A stretch of DNA of 64,000 nucleotides, from positions 768,001 to 832,000 of the forward strand of contig CAWHBU010000004.1 in NCBI GenBank assembly GCA_963827685.1, read 5' to 3'. Both the position numbers and the translations under genes were made by a program. Shown in pieces: positions 1 through 9,783 of this stretch. Every line of letters starts with the position of its first letter. Position 1 is the stretch's first letter. Origin of the DNA: an uncultured delta proteobacterium. GTDB lineage: Bacteria; Desulfobacterota; BSN033; UBA1163. A model generated the notes under the pieces. The model ran no database searches and had not been told where the DNA came from. It saw nothing but the letters and a program-made list of their open reading frames with translations.

Positions 1-184
1 TAATTGATACAGAAACTTACAATGGAATTTTTAAAAATCGCCCGCCACTAAAGTTCCCAGATCGGTCTCTTACCTGCCCGGGTCAGTTCCCAGATCAAAA
101 TATAACTACGCGAACTAATTTACAAATAATGCGTTCCCAAATCACTTCAAGACAGTTCCGAGACTTTGTGAAATTTTGGCAAGA

Positions 185-548
185 CTACTTAATATCTGGT
201 CTCTCTTTGAGATAAAACCTATAGACCTCCTTGTCAGTAATAGAAACCAACCAATGCTTATTAACCAACCGAGTAGGATACTTTTCGTCTCCCCTTCTTT
301 GAAGTGCCTCTAAGTTGTCGAAGATATCAATCTGAAGGGATTTTTGCCCACCATATTTTTTAACCAAAGCCTGGATCTCTTTTTCAAGTTTCTGTTTTGT
401 AGGACTATCAATTAAGAGACTCCATATAGAACGATTGTGCTCCCCTATCGACCTGTCTAAAAATCCTGATATCTTCAGCGGCGTGCAACCTTATAATAAA
501 AAGCATCAACACACACAGGCCGACCGCCACGTGAATTTTACTTTTCAT
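185..548 (-). pseudogene. frameshifted predicted lipoprotein (~120 aa if repaired), downstream of repressor
   Basis: ATG at 548 with GGAGG RBS gives MKSKIHVAVGLCVLMLFII. Removing one base at 491-492 continues GCTPLKISG... in frame with the 185..367 ORF and creates a lipobox-like FII-G-C. Confidence 0.6.
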
Positions 549-549
549 C

Positions 550-1077
550 TCAGTCGCCCTCCTTTCTTTCCAACTTACTTAGTTCTATATTCTCGAGGAA
601 CGCATCTACATTGGACTCCAGAGCCGTAACGATCTTCTCATTCCCACTATTTAAAATTTTTATGACGTTGTCAATGAACTTTCTCACGGGCACATTTTCT
701 GATTGCCGGTTCTCGTGGTGTGCAGCTGACCCTCCGTACGTGAGAGGCGGTTCCGAAACTTGAAGGTATTCGAGACCCGCCGGTGGCGGACGTAGCAGCT
801 GCGTTAATTTCTGAAATAGATCGTCCGGTGATTCTTCCGACTGAAAAATTTGTTTGATCGCATTCCAACGTTCCCTGGACAGACCCCAGAGGATGGTGGC
901 TGGGGAGACGCCGAATTTTTCCTCGATAGTATATAGAAGATCAAGTGAAGGTTCCTTTTTCCCTGTCTCGATCTCGGATATGTACGCGTCGGAATATCCG
1001 ATGACATCACCAAAATCTTTTTGAACCTTATAACCCTTTGCCAACCTTAATTCCTTAATTCTTTCGCCTGGTTTCAT
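550..1077 (-). CDS. phage repressor, XRE-family HTH
   Basis: N-terminal HTH (IKELRLAKG..QKDFGDVIG...YISEIETGKKEPS); divergent from ner-like gene. Confidence 0.88.
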   Translation of the reverse strand: MKPGERIKELRLAKGYKVQKDFGDVIGYSDAYISEIETGKKEPSLDLLYTIEEKFGVSPATILWGLSRERWNAIKQIFQSEESPDDLFQKLTQLLRPPPAGLEYLQVSEPPLTYGGSAAHHENRQSENVPVRKFIDNVIKILNSGNEKIVTALESNVDAFLENIELSKLERKEGD

Positions 1078-1105
1078 TAATTCCGCTTTTTAGTTAATTT
1101 TTTAC

Positions 1106-1134
1106 TTGACAACATTCCGCAAATTTGCTAAATT
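1106..1134 (+). promoter_or_regulatory. early rightward sigma70-type promoter/operator region
   Basis: TTGACA (1106-1111), 17 bp, TAAATT (1129-1134); overlaps palindrome GCAAATTTGC (1119-1128) and repeated ATTCCGC. Confidence 0.6.
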
Positions 1135-1142
1135 CTCTGGCC

Positions 1143-1403
1143 ATGAGAGAGATTGACAAGTCAAACATCGAAACCGAAATAAAAAAGGCTCTTCTTGACG
1201 CCCATGTAAAACAGGTTCAGATCGCTCGTAAGCTCGGCATCGCAAAACAGTACGTCCATAGCGTGATAAAGGGCCAACGGCGCACTGCGTACGTAAGGAA
1301 GGCCATAGCCAAAGCCGCGGGGAAACGGATTGAGGATCTGTGGCCGGAGAATCATAAAAAGCCCCAGAACCACGTGGAGTTCGGGGCGAGAAAGGCGGCG
1401 TAA
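1143..1403 (+). CDS. Ner/Cro-like HTH regulator
   Basis: HTH ending AIAKAAGKRIEDLWP, typical of the Ner/SfsB family; Mu ner position. Confidence 0.8.
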   Translation: MREIDKSNIETEIKKALLDAHVKQVQIARKLGIAKQYVHSVIKGQRRTAYVRKAIAKAAGKRIEDLWPENHKKPQNHVEFGARKAA

Positions 1404-1450
1404 GATGATCCGGTTCATCAAACGAAAACTGGAAAAGTTCATAATCGAGA

Positions 1451-1711
1451 TCATCGTTCACGACCTCCAGCGGCGCGGACAAATATACAAGCATTTAAGA
1501 ATTTCCTTGCCTTCTTCAGAGCCATTTTTTCTATCTCGATCAAATCCAATGACGAGACCTCCTTCGGGAGGGAGACAATAACCGTGCACTGGGGGAGGGA
1601 ATCTCCGATCCCAATGGGATTGAATCTTACATGAGCAACAACCTCATTTTCCAAACAAAAGACTTCGTAGAGATAGGCCGCAATTTCCATAATAAAACGA
1701 TGGGGGTTCAT
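1451..1711 (-). CDS. hypothetical protein, antisense to early operon
   Basis: 86-aa ORF with GGAGG RBS; protein-like composition. Confidence 0.4.
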   Translation of the reverse strand: MNPHRFIMEIAAYLYEVFCLENEVVAHVRFNPIGIGDSLPQCTVIVSLPKEVSSLDLIEIEKMALKKARKFLNACIFVRAAGGRER

Positions 1712-1822
1712 CCCTCCAGGGGAGGCCGTATGATCCGCACTTCCGGCAAAGAGGAGAGGATCTGCGGCCTCGCTTTATTAACCATCCTATAAATTTTTTT
1801 GGTCAAAAGCAATAGCAATTTT

Positions 1823-2275
1823 ATGAAGAGATTTGCCAGTCCCGACCAGTTAAATTTCTTCGATCTACTCAGAGACCTTCGTCCGAAAAATAGCGGATTC
1901 TCATCATTTAATATAGACCTACTCCTACGCGAGACCATCAGCCAGGCGATCAAGGAATCGCCGCTTTCACGGTTTCAAATTGCTGCTCACATGAGCGAGA
2001 TTCTGGGCCTCGAGGTCAGCAAGTCGATGATCGATTCCTGGACGGCCGAGAGCCGCGAAGGGATCAACCGCTTTCCAGCCTGCTATTTACCGGCCTTTTG
2101 TCAGACCGTGAATTCGCTCGAACCACTGAAAGTGCTGGCGGATCTCCTTGGATGCGTCGTCGTCGAGGGAGAGGAGGCACTTCTCATTGAGCTTTCGAAG
2201 GTTGGGGTCGAGAAGGAGAAACTCTTTAAGAGAGAGAAGGCCATTAAAACGATTCTTGGGGGAATGAGAAAATGA
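1823..2275 (+). CDS. Mu-like early DNA-binding/regulatory protein
   Basis: LSRFQIAAHMSEILG..VSKSMIDSWTAESRE motif, seen upstream of transposases in Mu-like phages; ATGA overlap with transposase. Confidence 0.65.
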   Translation: MKRFASPDQLNFFDLLRDLRPKNSGFSSFNIDLLLRETISQAIKESPLSRFQIAAHMSEILGLEVSKSMIDSWTAESREGINRFPACYLPAFCQTVNSLEPLKVLADLLGCVVVEGEEALLIELSKVGVEKEKLFKREKAIKTILGGMRK

Positions 2276-4629
2276 GGCGACTCGTTGATACGGAGGAGGC
2301 GGCGAGGATGTTGGGGATCACATCCAGGGCGGTTCGGAAATGGTTCGCCGCCGGAAAGGTCGAGGGCAAATTTGAACCGGGCAAAAGGGCGGGCAGATCT
2401 GGAATGAAATTGTTCGTATGGATCGAGGACGACCAGAGGGCAGTCGGCAGTAGGCAGAAGGCAGATAAGAAAGAGAGAGATCATACCCGGGTGAATCGGG
2501 GGGAACCGGGACGAGAGATTGTCACGCCCCTGTTTAATGGCGTGCCAATCGATACGGAGACGCGGGGATCCGGAGACTCGGAGATAACTTTACATGGTTC
2601 TACGATGTTAACTAAAGACCAAAAAAACGCCAATTTTGTCAAGTTAACTGAAACCCTGCCGTCCGGGCATCAATTCCTGGTCTCACCCCACCAGGTCCCT
2701 CCTTCCCCGGACGGCGGGGTGCCTACACTCGAAACCGAGCTTCGGCACCCAGGGGCGCTTTCTCCGTCGGCAATAAATGCCGACGCTACAGAAAATGCCC
2801 TGGATTCCGGCCCCCGGATCGATGTCCGGGGCGAGCTCCGCCGGAATGACAAAGCGGATCGTATTGCCAACCTGCGGTTCGCCCTGATCCAAGCATTTAA
2901 CGAAGAGATCGCCAAAAACCACCGGCCAAAAGTAGAGACCATTCGCAATTTTCTATCATTATATAATAGCGGGGTTCTTTTGTCCGACATCCACAAAGAA
3001 CTCGGCGAGATCTCCCGCGCCACATTATATAACTGGCGCTCAGCGGCCGCGCCGCAGGATCTCACGCCCCAATATGGCGGGGCGGGGCAATCGAAGGTAA
3101 CCGAACACGAGAAAAATATCGTCCTCACACTGCTATTGCATCAAAACCGTCTGAAAGTCTCTTACGGCATCACACTCGCCAAAGAATACCTCACCAAAAA
3201 GAGAATAGACTCGCCTTCAAGCCCTTCCACGCTGCGAAGATTCATCGATCAATTCAAAAAAGAGCATTACGACATCTGGATCCTGCGGCGCGAGGGCGAG
3301 AAGGCGCTCAAAGATAAAGTCACTCCCTATGCTGAGCGCGACTGGCGCTTGCTCGAGGTGGGCGACGGCCTGGTCGCCGACGGCCATCGGCTGAATTTTC
3401 AAGTGATCAATCCCAACACAGGCAAGCCTTGCAGGGCGGCGCTGGTGCTTTTCTGGGACTGGAGAAGTTCTTATCCGCTCGGATGGGAGCTCATGCTCGA
3501 GGAATCGACCCAATGTGTCGCCTCAGCCCTCAGAAACGCCATCGTCGCCCTGGGTAAAATTCCGAAATGGGTCTATCTCGACAACGGCAAAGCATTCAAG
3601 GCAAAGGTCTTCACGCAGGACATCGATTTTGAGGATTCGGAACTCCCCGGCATGTTTGCCCGCCTCAACATCAATTACCATTTCGCTCAACCCTACAATG
3701 CCCAATCGAAACCCATCGAAAGAATTTTTGGGATCCTGAACGAACAACTCGAGCGTCTGGTCCCATCCTATACCGGCGCCTCTATTAATGATAAGCCCGC
3801 CTGGACGAAGCGAAACGAAAAATATGCCCGGTCCCTTCACAATCCCGTTATTCCCACAATCCCGGAGACGAATGGCCTGATTTTTGCCTGGCGCGATCGC
3901 TATGCAGAGAGATCCTCCAGGGGAAGGGACGGTCTCCGGCCTATCGATATATATAATGATGGGAAAGGCCCTGGCGTTGACCCGGCCGAATTGATCTATC
4001 TAATGATGGACCGCGAGATCAAACAGGTCCACCGAAACGGCGTCACCTGGCTTGGCTGGCACTGGTTTGATGAGGCCATGTACGGCCTCAAAGATAAAGT
4101 CGTCATCCGCTATTCTCTTTCCGATCTCTCACAGATATACGTCTTTCACAAAAATGAATTCCTCTGCGCCGCAAAACCCATCGAACTGGTGCATCCGATG
4201 GCCTCCGAAAGCGAGAACCCCAAAGACATGGAGGCCGTGAAGGACGTCATCCGCCTCCAGAAGAAGGTCAAAAACACTACCCGCAAACTCTGCGATCTCC
4301 TCGAGACGAAACAGGCGAGCCAGATCGATTGGAGCAGAACGAGAAACTCCGAGATCTCCGAGACGATAGAAAAGATCGAGGCGGAGAAGAAACCGAAAGT
4401 TGTGAGATTTTCGCCTTTTGCCGACGCTCCGGAGTCTGACCCGGAGATAGTCGAACATGATGACGCAGAGCAAGATCACCTGCCACAAAGACGACGGTTT
4501 AAATACGATTTTGAAAAATATGAATGGCTGATGGTTCAGAAATCCATATCCGAAGACGACCAAAAGTGGATCGACCAGTACCGAGCCACCTCTTCGGCAT
4601 TCAAGGATGTCATCGGAGGTAAACAATGA
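2272..4629 (+). CDS. Mu-like DDE transposase A
   Basis: N-terminal HTH; catalytic motifs VADGH, YLDNGKAF, AQSKPIER; Mu transposase C-terminal region (GVTW...VVIRYSLSDLSQIYVF). Confidence 0.93.
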   Translation: MRRLVDTEEAARMLGITSRAVRKWFAAGKVEGKFEPGKRAGRSGMKLFVWIEDDQRAVGSRQKADKKERDHTRVNRGEPGREIVTPLFNGVPIDTETRGSGDSEITLHGSTMLTKDQKNANFVKLTETLPSGHQFLVSPHQVPPSPDGGVPTLETELRHPGALSPSAINADATENALDSGPRIDVRGELRRNDKADRIANLRFALIQAFNEEIAKNHRPKVETIRNFLSLYNSGVLLSDIHKELGEISRATLYNWRSAAAPQDLTPQYGGAGQSKVTEHEKNIVLTLLLHQNRLKVSYGITLAKEYLTKKRIDSPSSPSTLRRFIDQFKKEHYDIWILRREGEKALKDKVTPYAERDWRLLEVGDGLVADGHRLNFQVINPNTGKPCRAALVLFWDWRSSYPLGWELMLEESTQCVASALRNAIVALGKIPKWVYLDNGKAFKAKVFTQDIDFEDSELPGMFARLNINYHFAQPYNAQSKPIERIFGILNEQLERLVPSYTGASINDKPAWTKRNEKYARSLHNPVIPTIPETNGLIFAWRDRYAERSSRGRDGLRPIDIYNDGKGPGVDPAELIYLMMDREIKQVHRNGVTWLGWHWFDEAMYGLKDKVVIRYSLSDLSQIYVFHKNEFLCAAKPIELVHPMASESENPKDMEAVKDVIRLQKKVKNTTRKLCDLLETKQASQIDWSRTRNSEISETIEKIEAEKKPKVVRFSPFADAPESDPEIVEHDDAEQDHLPQRRRFKYDFEKYEWLMVQKSISEDDQKWIDQYRATSSAFKDVIGGKQ

Positions 4630-5300
4630 AGGATCATTTCGTCGAGACCAAGAGCTTCAAGAAGTTTCGGGAAGGAATCGATCATATCAACCAAAAACTA
4701 AAAGGCGTCGAACGGATGCTTTTGGTTGTGGGCGAACCCGGACTTGGAAAAACGGAGGCAGCTATCCATTACTGCGCGATGAATGGCGCGGTATTCATTC
4801 GGACACTTGAAATGATGACCGGCTCGTGGGTGCTCCGGACCATTGTGAAAGAACTTGGCACCGAGCCATATTACCGGTCCGACAAAAATCATGATCTTAT
4901 CCGGGAGTTCCTCACCAGCAATCCCCGGACGATCGTCTTTGATGAAGTGGATAGGTTTACTCGCAAACCCGAGATCCTGGAGACCCTCCGCGATGTTCAC
5001 GACGTCTGCCATTGCCCAATCGTCTTTATCGGGGAAGAGACAGCCGACAAAAAAATGATGCATAACCGCAGGCTGTACCGACGCTTTGTAGAAGTTGTTC
5101 GTTTTGAAAAGCTTGATATTGACGGCGTGAAGAACTTCTTAGTTGAGACGAGCGACATCAAATATCAGGGCGACGCTGTAGACATGATCACACGCGAAAG
5201 TAATGGGAAAATCAGCGGGATCATCACCATGATCCATCATGCCGAAAACTGGGCGAAACGAAACAACGAGAAATCCATATCCGCCAAGGATCTGAAATGA
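4626..5300 (+). CDS. MuB-like AAA+ transposition ATPase
   Basis: Walker A GEPGLGKT, Walker B IVFDEVD, LETLRDVHD; follows transposase. Confidence 0.92.
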   Translation: MKDHFVETKSFKKFREGIDHINQKLKGVERMLLVVGEPGLGKTEAAIHYCAMNGAVFIRTLEMMTGSWVLRTIVKELGTEPYYRSDKNHDLIREFLTSNPRTIVFDEVDRFTRKPEILETLRDVHDVCHCPIVFIGEETADKKMMHNRRLYRRFVEVVRFEKLDIDGVKNFLVETSDIKYQGDAVDMITRESNGKISGIITMIHHAENWAKRNNEKSISAKDLK

Positions 5301-5800
5301 CCAGCCGTAAGGAGACTATTAAAGATGCCATCTTAAAACGATTGAGATTTTTCTCGCTGGATCAGATCGTCGAGGAGACCCATCTCCCGCGTAAAATCGT
5401 CCAGGAGATCCTCGACCTATTCGCAAAGGAGGGTTTGATCCGCGAGACCGAGCGGCCGCATAGCGTAGGGCGCCCGGGAATATACCGGATATGGCAGGTA
5501 GAGGAAGGAGAAACGTTCGCCTCGAGTAGAATGTGGGCGGTGGTTCGTTACAAAAGGGAATTCTGCCTGCGCGATCTCATCATCCTGGCCGATGCCAAAC
5601 GCGAGAACGCCCGCACATTCATCAAGTCGCTTCGCCGTACCGGTCTGATCGTGCCGAACAAACCAACGGGCATGGGCGTCTATTGGAGGCTCGTTAAGGA
5701 CCCAGGACCGAGAAGACCGTATGTGGGAGACCAGGTCAGTAGGCAGAAGGCAGAAGGCAGTAGGCAGAAAACAGAAGGAGGGAATCATGGAAAATCATGA
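5297..5800 (+). CDS. winged-helix DNA-binding early protein
   Basis: Two wHTH-like segments; C-terminus encoded by AGGCAGA heptamer repeats. Confidence 0.6.
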   Translation: MTSRKETIKDAILKRLRFFSLDQIVEETHLPRKIVQEILDLFAKEGLIRETERPHSVGRPGIYRIWQVEEGETFASSRMWAVVRYKREFCLRDLIILADAKRENARTFIKSLRRTGLIVPNKPTGMGVYWRLVKDPGPRRPYVGDQVSRQKAEGSRQKTEGGNHGKS

Positions 5801-6107
5801 CATGGAAAATGCAAGGCCATCAAGAGAGGGCTACGGGAAAATTCTGACGACGCCGGAGTCAATAGTGCGGATTTATAGGGAGATGGAGAGCCGGAGAGTG
5901 CCGCGAGAGACGCCCGCTTCGATGAAGCCGAGGCGAGGCGAGCCCTACATCTTCACGCCGAAGCGGCCGAAGATCCCGTGGTACCGGAAGATCAATTGGG
6001 AGTTTGTCATCGACGCATTCTGCATTGCCGCATTGGCTGCCGTCGCGTTCTATCTCGTGATCTGGGTTATGGTTCCATTCTTGAGGATGATATGGATGGT
6101 CAGCTAA
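5787..6107 (+). CDS. hypothetical membrane protein
   Basis: GGAGGG RBS; C-terminal hydrophobic helix. Confidence 0.6.
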   Translation: MENHDMENARPSREGYGKILTTPESIVRIYREMESRRVPRETPASMKPRRGEPYIFTPKRPKIPWYRKINWEFVIDAFCIAALAAVAFYLVIWVMVPFLRMIWMVS

Positions 6108-6304
6108 AGCGGAACAGTTCGGAGTCGGGAGTTCGGAGTTCGGAGAAAAGAATAGAAGATGACCGGTATTATTTCCCGTGTCCGCTGAGGAAAGGGCACC
6201 CCAGGATCGCGGTCACGATCTGCCACAAACAGAAGTGCATGTTCCTGATATCAGAAGACGGCAAACTGCGGTGTGGCTACGGAGATCAGAATGCCAGGAA
6301 ATAA
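6092..6304 (+). CDS. hypothetical Cys-rich protein
   Basis: GAGGA RBS; overlapping operon arrangement; CP...C...C...C. Confidence 0.5.
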   Translation: MDGQLKRNSSESGVRSSEKRIEDDRYYFPCPLRKGHPRIAVTICHKQKCMFLISEDGKLRCGYGDQNARK

Positions 6305-6497
6305 GAAATTCATATGCCCGTTCCTCAAGAGTCAGAGAAAGGTTTCAATCGAGGAATGTTTCGGATGTCCATTCGTCGCCGCAACCGTGGAAGAGGATAG
6401 ACAGATAATAAGCATCACATGCGGTTTCCCTGAACAGGCCGGGGAACGAATTGATCGGTTTGCGGTCAAGAAAATCGAAAGAGACGGGATTGCATGA
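6291..6497 (+). CDS. hypothetical Cys-rich protein
   Basis: GGAG RBS; CPF...CFGCPF...C. Confidence 0.55.
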   Translation: MPGNKKFICPFLKSQRKVSIEECFGCPFVAATVEEDRQIISITCGFPEQAGERIDRFAVKKIERDGIA

Positions 6498-6727
6498 AAG
6501 TCAAAGTCAATGGCGGGAAAGTGAGTTGGAGTGGCGTTTGGGAGACGATCATCCTGATTCTCTTTTTTTTAGTCCTGACGGCGGGGGCGTTTGGTTGGGG
6601 CATCATCTATGAGAACCGACGGTACCGGAGCGTCGAAAAGGAAGTACTGCTACAAGATCAGAAGATAAAAGAGATCAATGGAAAGCTAATTGCCTTAGAA
6701 GGCCGGCAGCCGAAAGAAAAGAAATGA
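6494..6727 (+). CDS. hypothetical membrane-anchored coiled-coil protein
   Basis: ATGA overlap; one TM helix then coiled coil. Confidence 0.6.
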   Translation: MKVKVNGGKVSWSGVWETIILILFFLVLTAGAFGWGIIYENRRYRSVEKEVLLQDQKIKEINGKLIALEGRQPKEKK

Positions 6728-7203
6728 GATGTCGGCATTGTGGAGGGGCAATTGTTGAGGATCAATGGGAACCCGGAAAATTAAAATGCCAAAGTTGCGG
6801 CCGGCGAGTCGCGGATCCGCAGGATCCGAAGGAGAACAAAATCATGGAAGAGAAAAAGACCTGTATCAAATGCGGAAAGGAACTTCCAAGGACGGAGGAA
6901 TATTTCAGCAAAAATGCGAGGAGAGAGGACGGGTTCGAGGGTCAATGCAAAACCTGCCGGAAGAAATATTTTGCGGATTATTGCGCCGGGAAACGTGTAA
7001 GGAAGGGAGCGAAGAAGGCCGAGAAGAAGGCCGCAGGGAAAAAAGATACGGGTCCTAAGATTATGGATCATCGATATGGCCCGAAAAAGGTCGAATCCAG
7101 CGAACTTCTCACAAAAGCCTCTCCGGCAGAGATTCTGATCGCCCTTCGCAAGGGTATGGCCGCTGAGATCGTCGCCATGATAGAGGAGAAATACGATCTA
7201 TGA
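6724..7203 (+). CDS. zinc-finger protein
   Basis: CRHC..CQSC and KTCIKC...F.KN....DG....CKTC motifs. Confidence 0.65.
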   Translation: MRCRHCGGAIVEDQWEPGKLKCQSCGRRVADPQDPKENKIMEEKKTCIKCGKELPRTEEYFSKNARREDGFEGQCKTCRKKYFADYCAGKRVRKGAKKAEKKAAGKKDTGPKIMDHRYGPKKVESSELLTKASPAEILIALRKGMAAEIVAMIEEKYDL

Positions 7204-7388
7204 CCAGCGTAGCCGAACGAGTCAAAGAATTCATAGAGACGTGGGACAGAACTCACTGCACCATTTGTGAGGACTCACTGCAGGACGGGAAATTTATAAT
7301 GATCGACGGGAAACTTTATTGCCTGACGTGCCATGAATTTGAACTCAATAAACCCAACAAGCCCAATGAACACAAAGGACACGTTTAA
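7200..7388 (+). CDS. small zinc-finger protein
   Basis: CTIC...CLTC; ATGA overlap. Confidence 0.55.
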   Translation: MTSVAERVKEFIETWDRTHCTICEDSLQDGKFIMIDGKLYCLTCHEFELNKPNKPNEHKGHV

Positions 7389-7734
7389 TAACCTCGAAGC
7401 AACGATCCTGCGATTCCTGGAGGCGCACCAGGGCAGGGATTTTGCGATCTCGCGGGCGAGACTCGTCGAAAAGATCAATGAAGGATGTGCTCCTCCGGAC
7501 GAGGTCAATGAGCGGACCATCAGGCAGACGATCAAACACCTGGTCGAGCGGCACGGAGAATGGATCGGATCATGTTGCAAGGGTTACTTCATGATCCAGA
7601 CGGACCAGGAACTCCTTGCCGCCTGCAAATACTACCACGGGTACGCCCTGAGCCTCCTTCATGTCGAGGCGAAGTTGAGGAAGATTAGCATGCCGGCGCT
7701 ATTGGGCCAACTCTCATTGGAGATCGGAAAATAG
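7366..7734 (+). CDS. winged-helix phage protein
   Basis: AISRARL...ERTIRQTIKHL...IGS...GYFM pattern. Confidence 0.65.
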   Translation: MNTKDTFNNLEATILRFLEAHQGRDFAISRARLVEKINEGCAPPDEVNERTIRQTIKHLVERHGEWIGSCCKGYFMIQTDQELLAACKYYHGYALSLLHVEAKLRKISMPALLGQLSLEIGK

Positions 7735-7735
7735 G

Positions 7736-7981
7736 ATGCTTCAATATCTCGATAAAAAAGGCCGGTTGTTATTTGTTGCCGAGGGTATCTGGTTTGCTCA
7801 GCCAGAATTTAAGACGGGGAAATTTGGGACGTTCTACCGAAAGGCCAAGGGCAGGGGCATGCACAGGGTAGTTTCACCGGCATTGCCCATGAGGAATACA
7901 CGAGAGGAAGCCGAACAAGATTTCTCAGAATACGTGCGCAAGCACGGGCTGGTGCCTGTCACCGTCAGTCACCAGGAATAA
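7736..7981 (+). CDS. hypothetical protein
   Basis: ORF in operon orientation with RBS. Confidence 0.55.
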   Translation: MLQYLDKKGRLLFVAEGIWFAQPEFKTGKFGTFYRKAKGRGMHRVVSPALPMRNTREEAEQDFSEYVRKHGLVPVTVSHQE

Positions 7982-8031
7982 TTGTAGCGTCCTCGTTTAT
8001 CGGGGGCGGATGGAGGTTAAAGGGGGTTGAT

Positions 8032-8253
8032 ATGGATTGGAAGATCTGGTTGGCCTTTGGGGTTGGAATTTTTTTTGGAGCCTGCGGAATGGCGCTATTG
8101 ATCGGATACGTCTCAGAGAGTCTGAGAATCCACCAGGAAAGATGTAAAATATTTTCGCAGGACCTGGAAGAGGTAGTTCCCTTTTTCGATTCCCTTAAAG
8201 TTACGAGAATCTATTTCGGTGTGCCCGTCTATAAAAAGGAGAAATCATCATGA
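8032..8253 (+). CDS. hypothetical membrane protein
   Basis: N-terminal TM helix; overlaps gam start. Confidence 0.55.
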   Translation: MDWKIWLAFGVGIFFGACGMALLIGYVSESLRIHQERCKIFSQDLEEVVPFFDSLKVTRIYFGVPVYKKEKSS

Positions 8254-8777
8254 CACTCTCGGAAATTGAAAGATTGGCGAAGGAATTTTCCGATGCACGG
8301 ACGGTCCTACGCGATCGCGTCGAGGTGCTCAATGAAGGGCTGACTGCGCTCAAAAAGCGGTATCTTCCGGGAATCCGCAACGCCGTGGAGAAAGCAAAAG
8401 AGAAACAAGCCGGTCTCTCGGACGCAATTGATGGTAGCCGCGATCTTTTTATGAAGCCCCGGACCATGACACTCTTCGGGATCAAATTCGGTATCGAAAA
8501 GCAGAAGGGAAAACTCGAATGGGAGAAGGGGGCGGTACCGGGAATTGTAAAACTGATCAAGAAATTCTTTCCCGATTCCTGGGAGGCTTACGTCAAGGTC
8601 AAAGAAGACCCCATGAAAAAGACGTTGGCGACCCTTCCGAGCGCGGATCTCAAAAAGCTCGGGATTCAGGTCACGGAGACCGGCGACGCGGTCTTCATCA
8701 AGCCCACGGATTCCGAGGTCGATAAGTTGGTGGATGCGCTGCTCAATGAGAAGAAGGAAGGGGAAGATGAGGAGTAA
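8250..8777 (+). CDS. gam: Mu Gam-like host-nuclease inhibitor
   Basis: Coiled-coil N-terminus, LFMKPRTMTLFGIKFG, LKKLGIQVTETGDAVFIKP; Mu early-region position. Confidence 0.72.
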   Translation: MTLSEIERLAKEFSDARTVLRDRVEVLNEGLTALKKRYLPGIRNAVEKAKEKQAGLSDAIDGSRDLFMKPRTMTLFGIKFGIEKQKGKLEWEKGAVPGIVKLIKKFFPDSWEAYVKVKEDPMKKTLATLPSADLKKLGIQVTETGDAVFIKPTDSEVDKLVDALLNEKKEGEDEE

Positions 8778-9138
8778 TTGGGCGTTTGAGCAACATTTGA
8801 AGCAATTGGAAGAGTACGAGATGGTTGGGCAAAAGAAAAACGAAAACTGGTATGAAGAATGGATCGAGCAACCGATACGAGACGTTGTGAAACTTCTGAG
8901 AGACAATGGATTCAACACTGAATGTTCATGCGGGCATGAGATGTATGTTCAGTGCCAGTACTTAATGGATGGAGATATTCACAGACTTCATCAATTGATT
9001 TGGCACTATCTGCATAACGTTGGGAAACCAATCGATTTTGAGATTGCTGTTCTTGTGAGAGTTATGGACGGTCACGCCTATTCATCTCTGAATGTAGAAT
9101 TCGGCATCCATCCGGGGTCAGAGAGGAAATCTAAATGA
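8767..9138 (+). CDS. hypothetical protein (T-x-x-SCGH motif)
   Basis: [21 protein letters not shown]. Confidence 0.6.
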   Translation: MRSNWAFEQHLKQLEEYEMVGQKKNENWYEEWIEQPIRDVVKLLRDNGFNTECSCGHEMYVQCQYLMDGDIHRLHQLIWHYLHNVGKPIDFEIAVLVRVMDGHAYSSLNVEFGIHPGSERKSK

Positions 9139-9335
9139 TGGATAACCGTGACCTGGTGACGCGGATCGCTGATCAGATGGGGAATCGCCTGAGCCAAAAG
9201 CTCCTTGGAATTACCCGAGGCGTCAAACCAACCGGACCCTGGAGACGCCGGATGCCGAAAGTGGGGCGAAATGAACCTTGCCCATGCGGAAGCGGAAAGA
9301 AATATAAGAAATGTCATTTGGAGGGAACCCGATGA
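9135..9335 (+). CDS. SEC-C motif protein
   Basis: [20 protein letters not shown]. Confidence 0.8.
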   Translation: MMDNRDLVTRIADQMGNRLSQKLLGITRGVKPTGPWRRRMPKVGRNEPCPCGSGKKYKKCHLEGTR

Positions 9336-9631
9336 AAGACCTTGAACTTAGGAATCCAGAGCTTTTTGAAATGATCAAAGAAGAAAGTCTGCGCCAAATT
9401 CGGAAATGGGGAATCCAGGATAGGGATCCCTTTGAATGGCTGGCATACATCACTGAAGAACTTGGTGAACTCTCATGTGCAATCTCGGAGTATGAATATA
9501 GAGGTGGTCTTCAATCGGAAGTCGTGAACGAGGCCGTTCAGGTCGCGACACTGGCCTTGAAAATCGCCGAAATGTTTATAGAGACCCCAATGGCACAGTG
9601 GAGAATAGAGGATCAGCGAGGCCAGAGATGA
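9332..9631 (+). CDS. MazG-like NTP pyrophosphohydrolase
   Basis: [12 protein letters not shown]...EAVQVATLA. Confidence 0.78.
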   Translation: MKDLELRNPELFEMIKEESLRQIRKWGIQDRDPFEWLAYITEELGELSCAISEYEYRGGLQSEVVNEAVQVATLALKIAEMFIETPMAQWRIEDQRGQR

Positions 9632-9783
9632 ACGATATATTTTGGATCCTACTATTGAGCATCTTAGCTGGCGGGATCCTGATCTTTTCATTTGGATTCA
9701 CGAAGAAATTTCTGAGGATAAAGGATGTGCATGGTTGGCACCGGGTCAAACGCGCAGCCGCTGACGAACTATGGGGAGATTAA
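9628..9783 (+). CDS. small membrane protein
   Basis: ATGA overlap; TM helix. Confidence 0.5.
   Translation: MNDIFWILLLSILAGGILIFSFGFTKKFLRIKDVHGWHRVKRAAADELWGD

Noticed and set aside
70-86. TGCCCGGGTCA at 75 as the exact left terminus mirroring TGACCTGGCA at 45191-45200
   Set aside because: The match needs a gap and a mismatch, and the flanks (TTACC versus AGATA) give no target duplication.
9135-9335. secA fragment
   Set aside because: Only the short SEC-C motif is present, which is common in unrelated small proteins.
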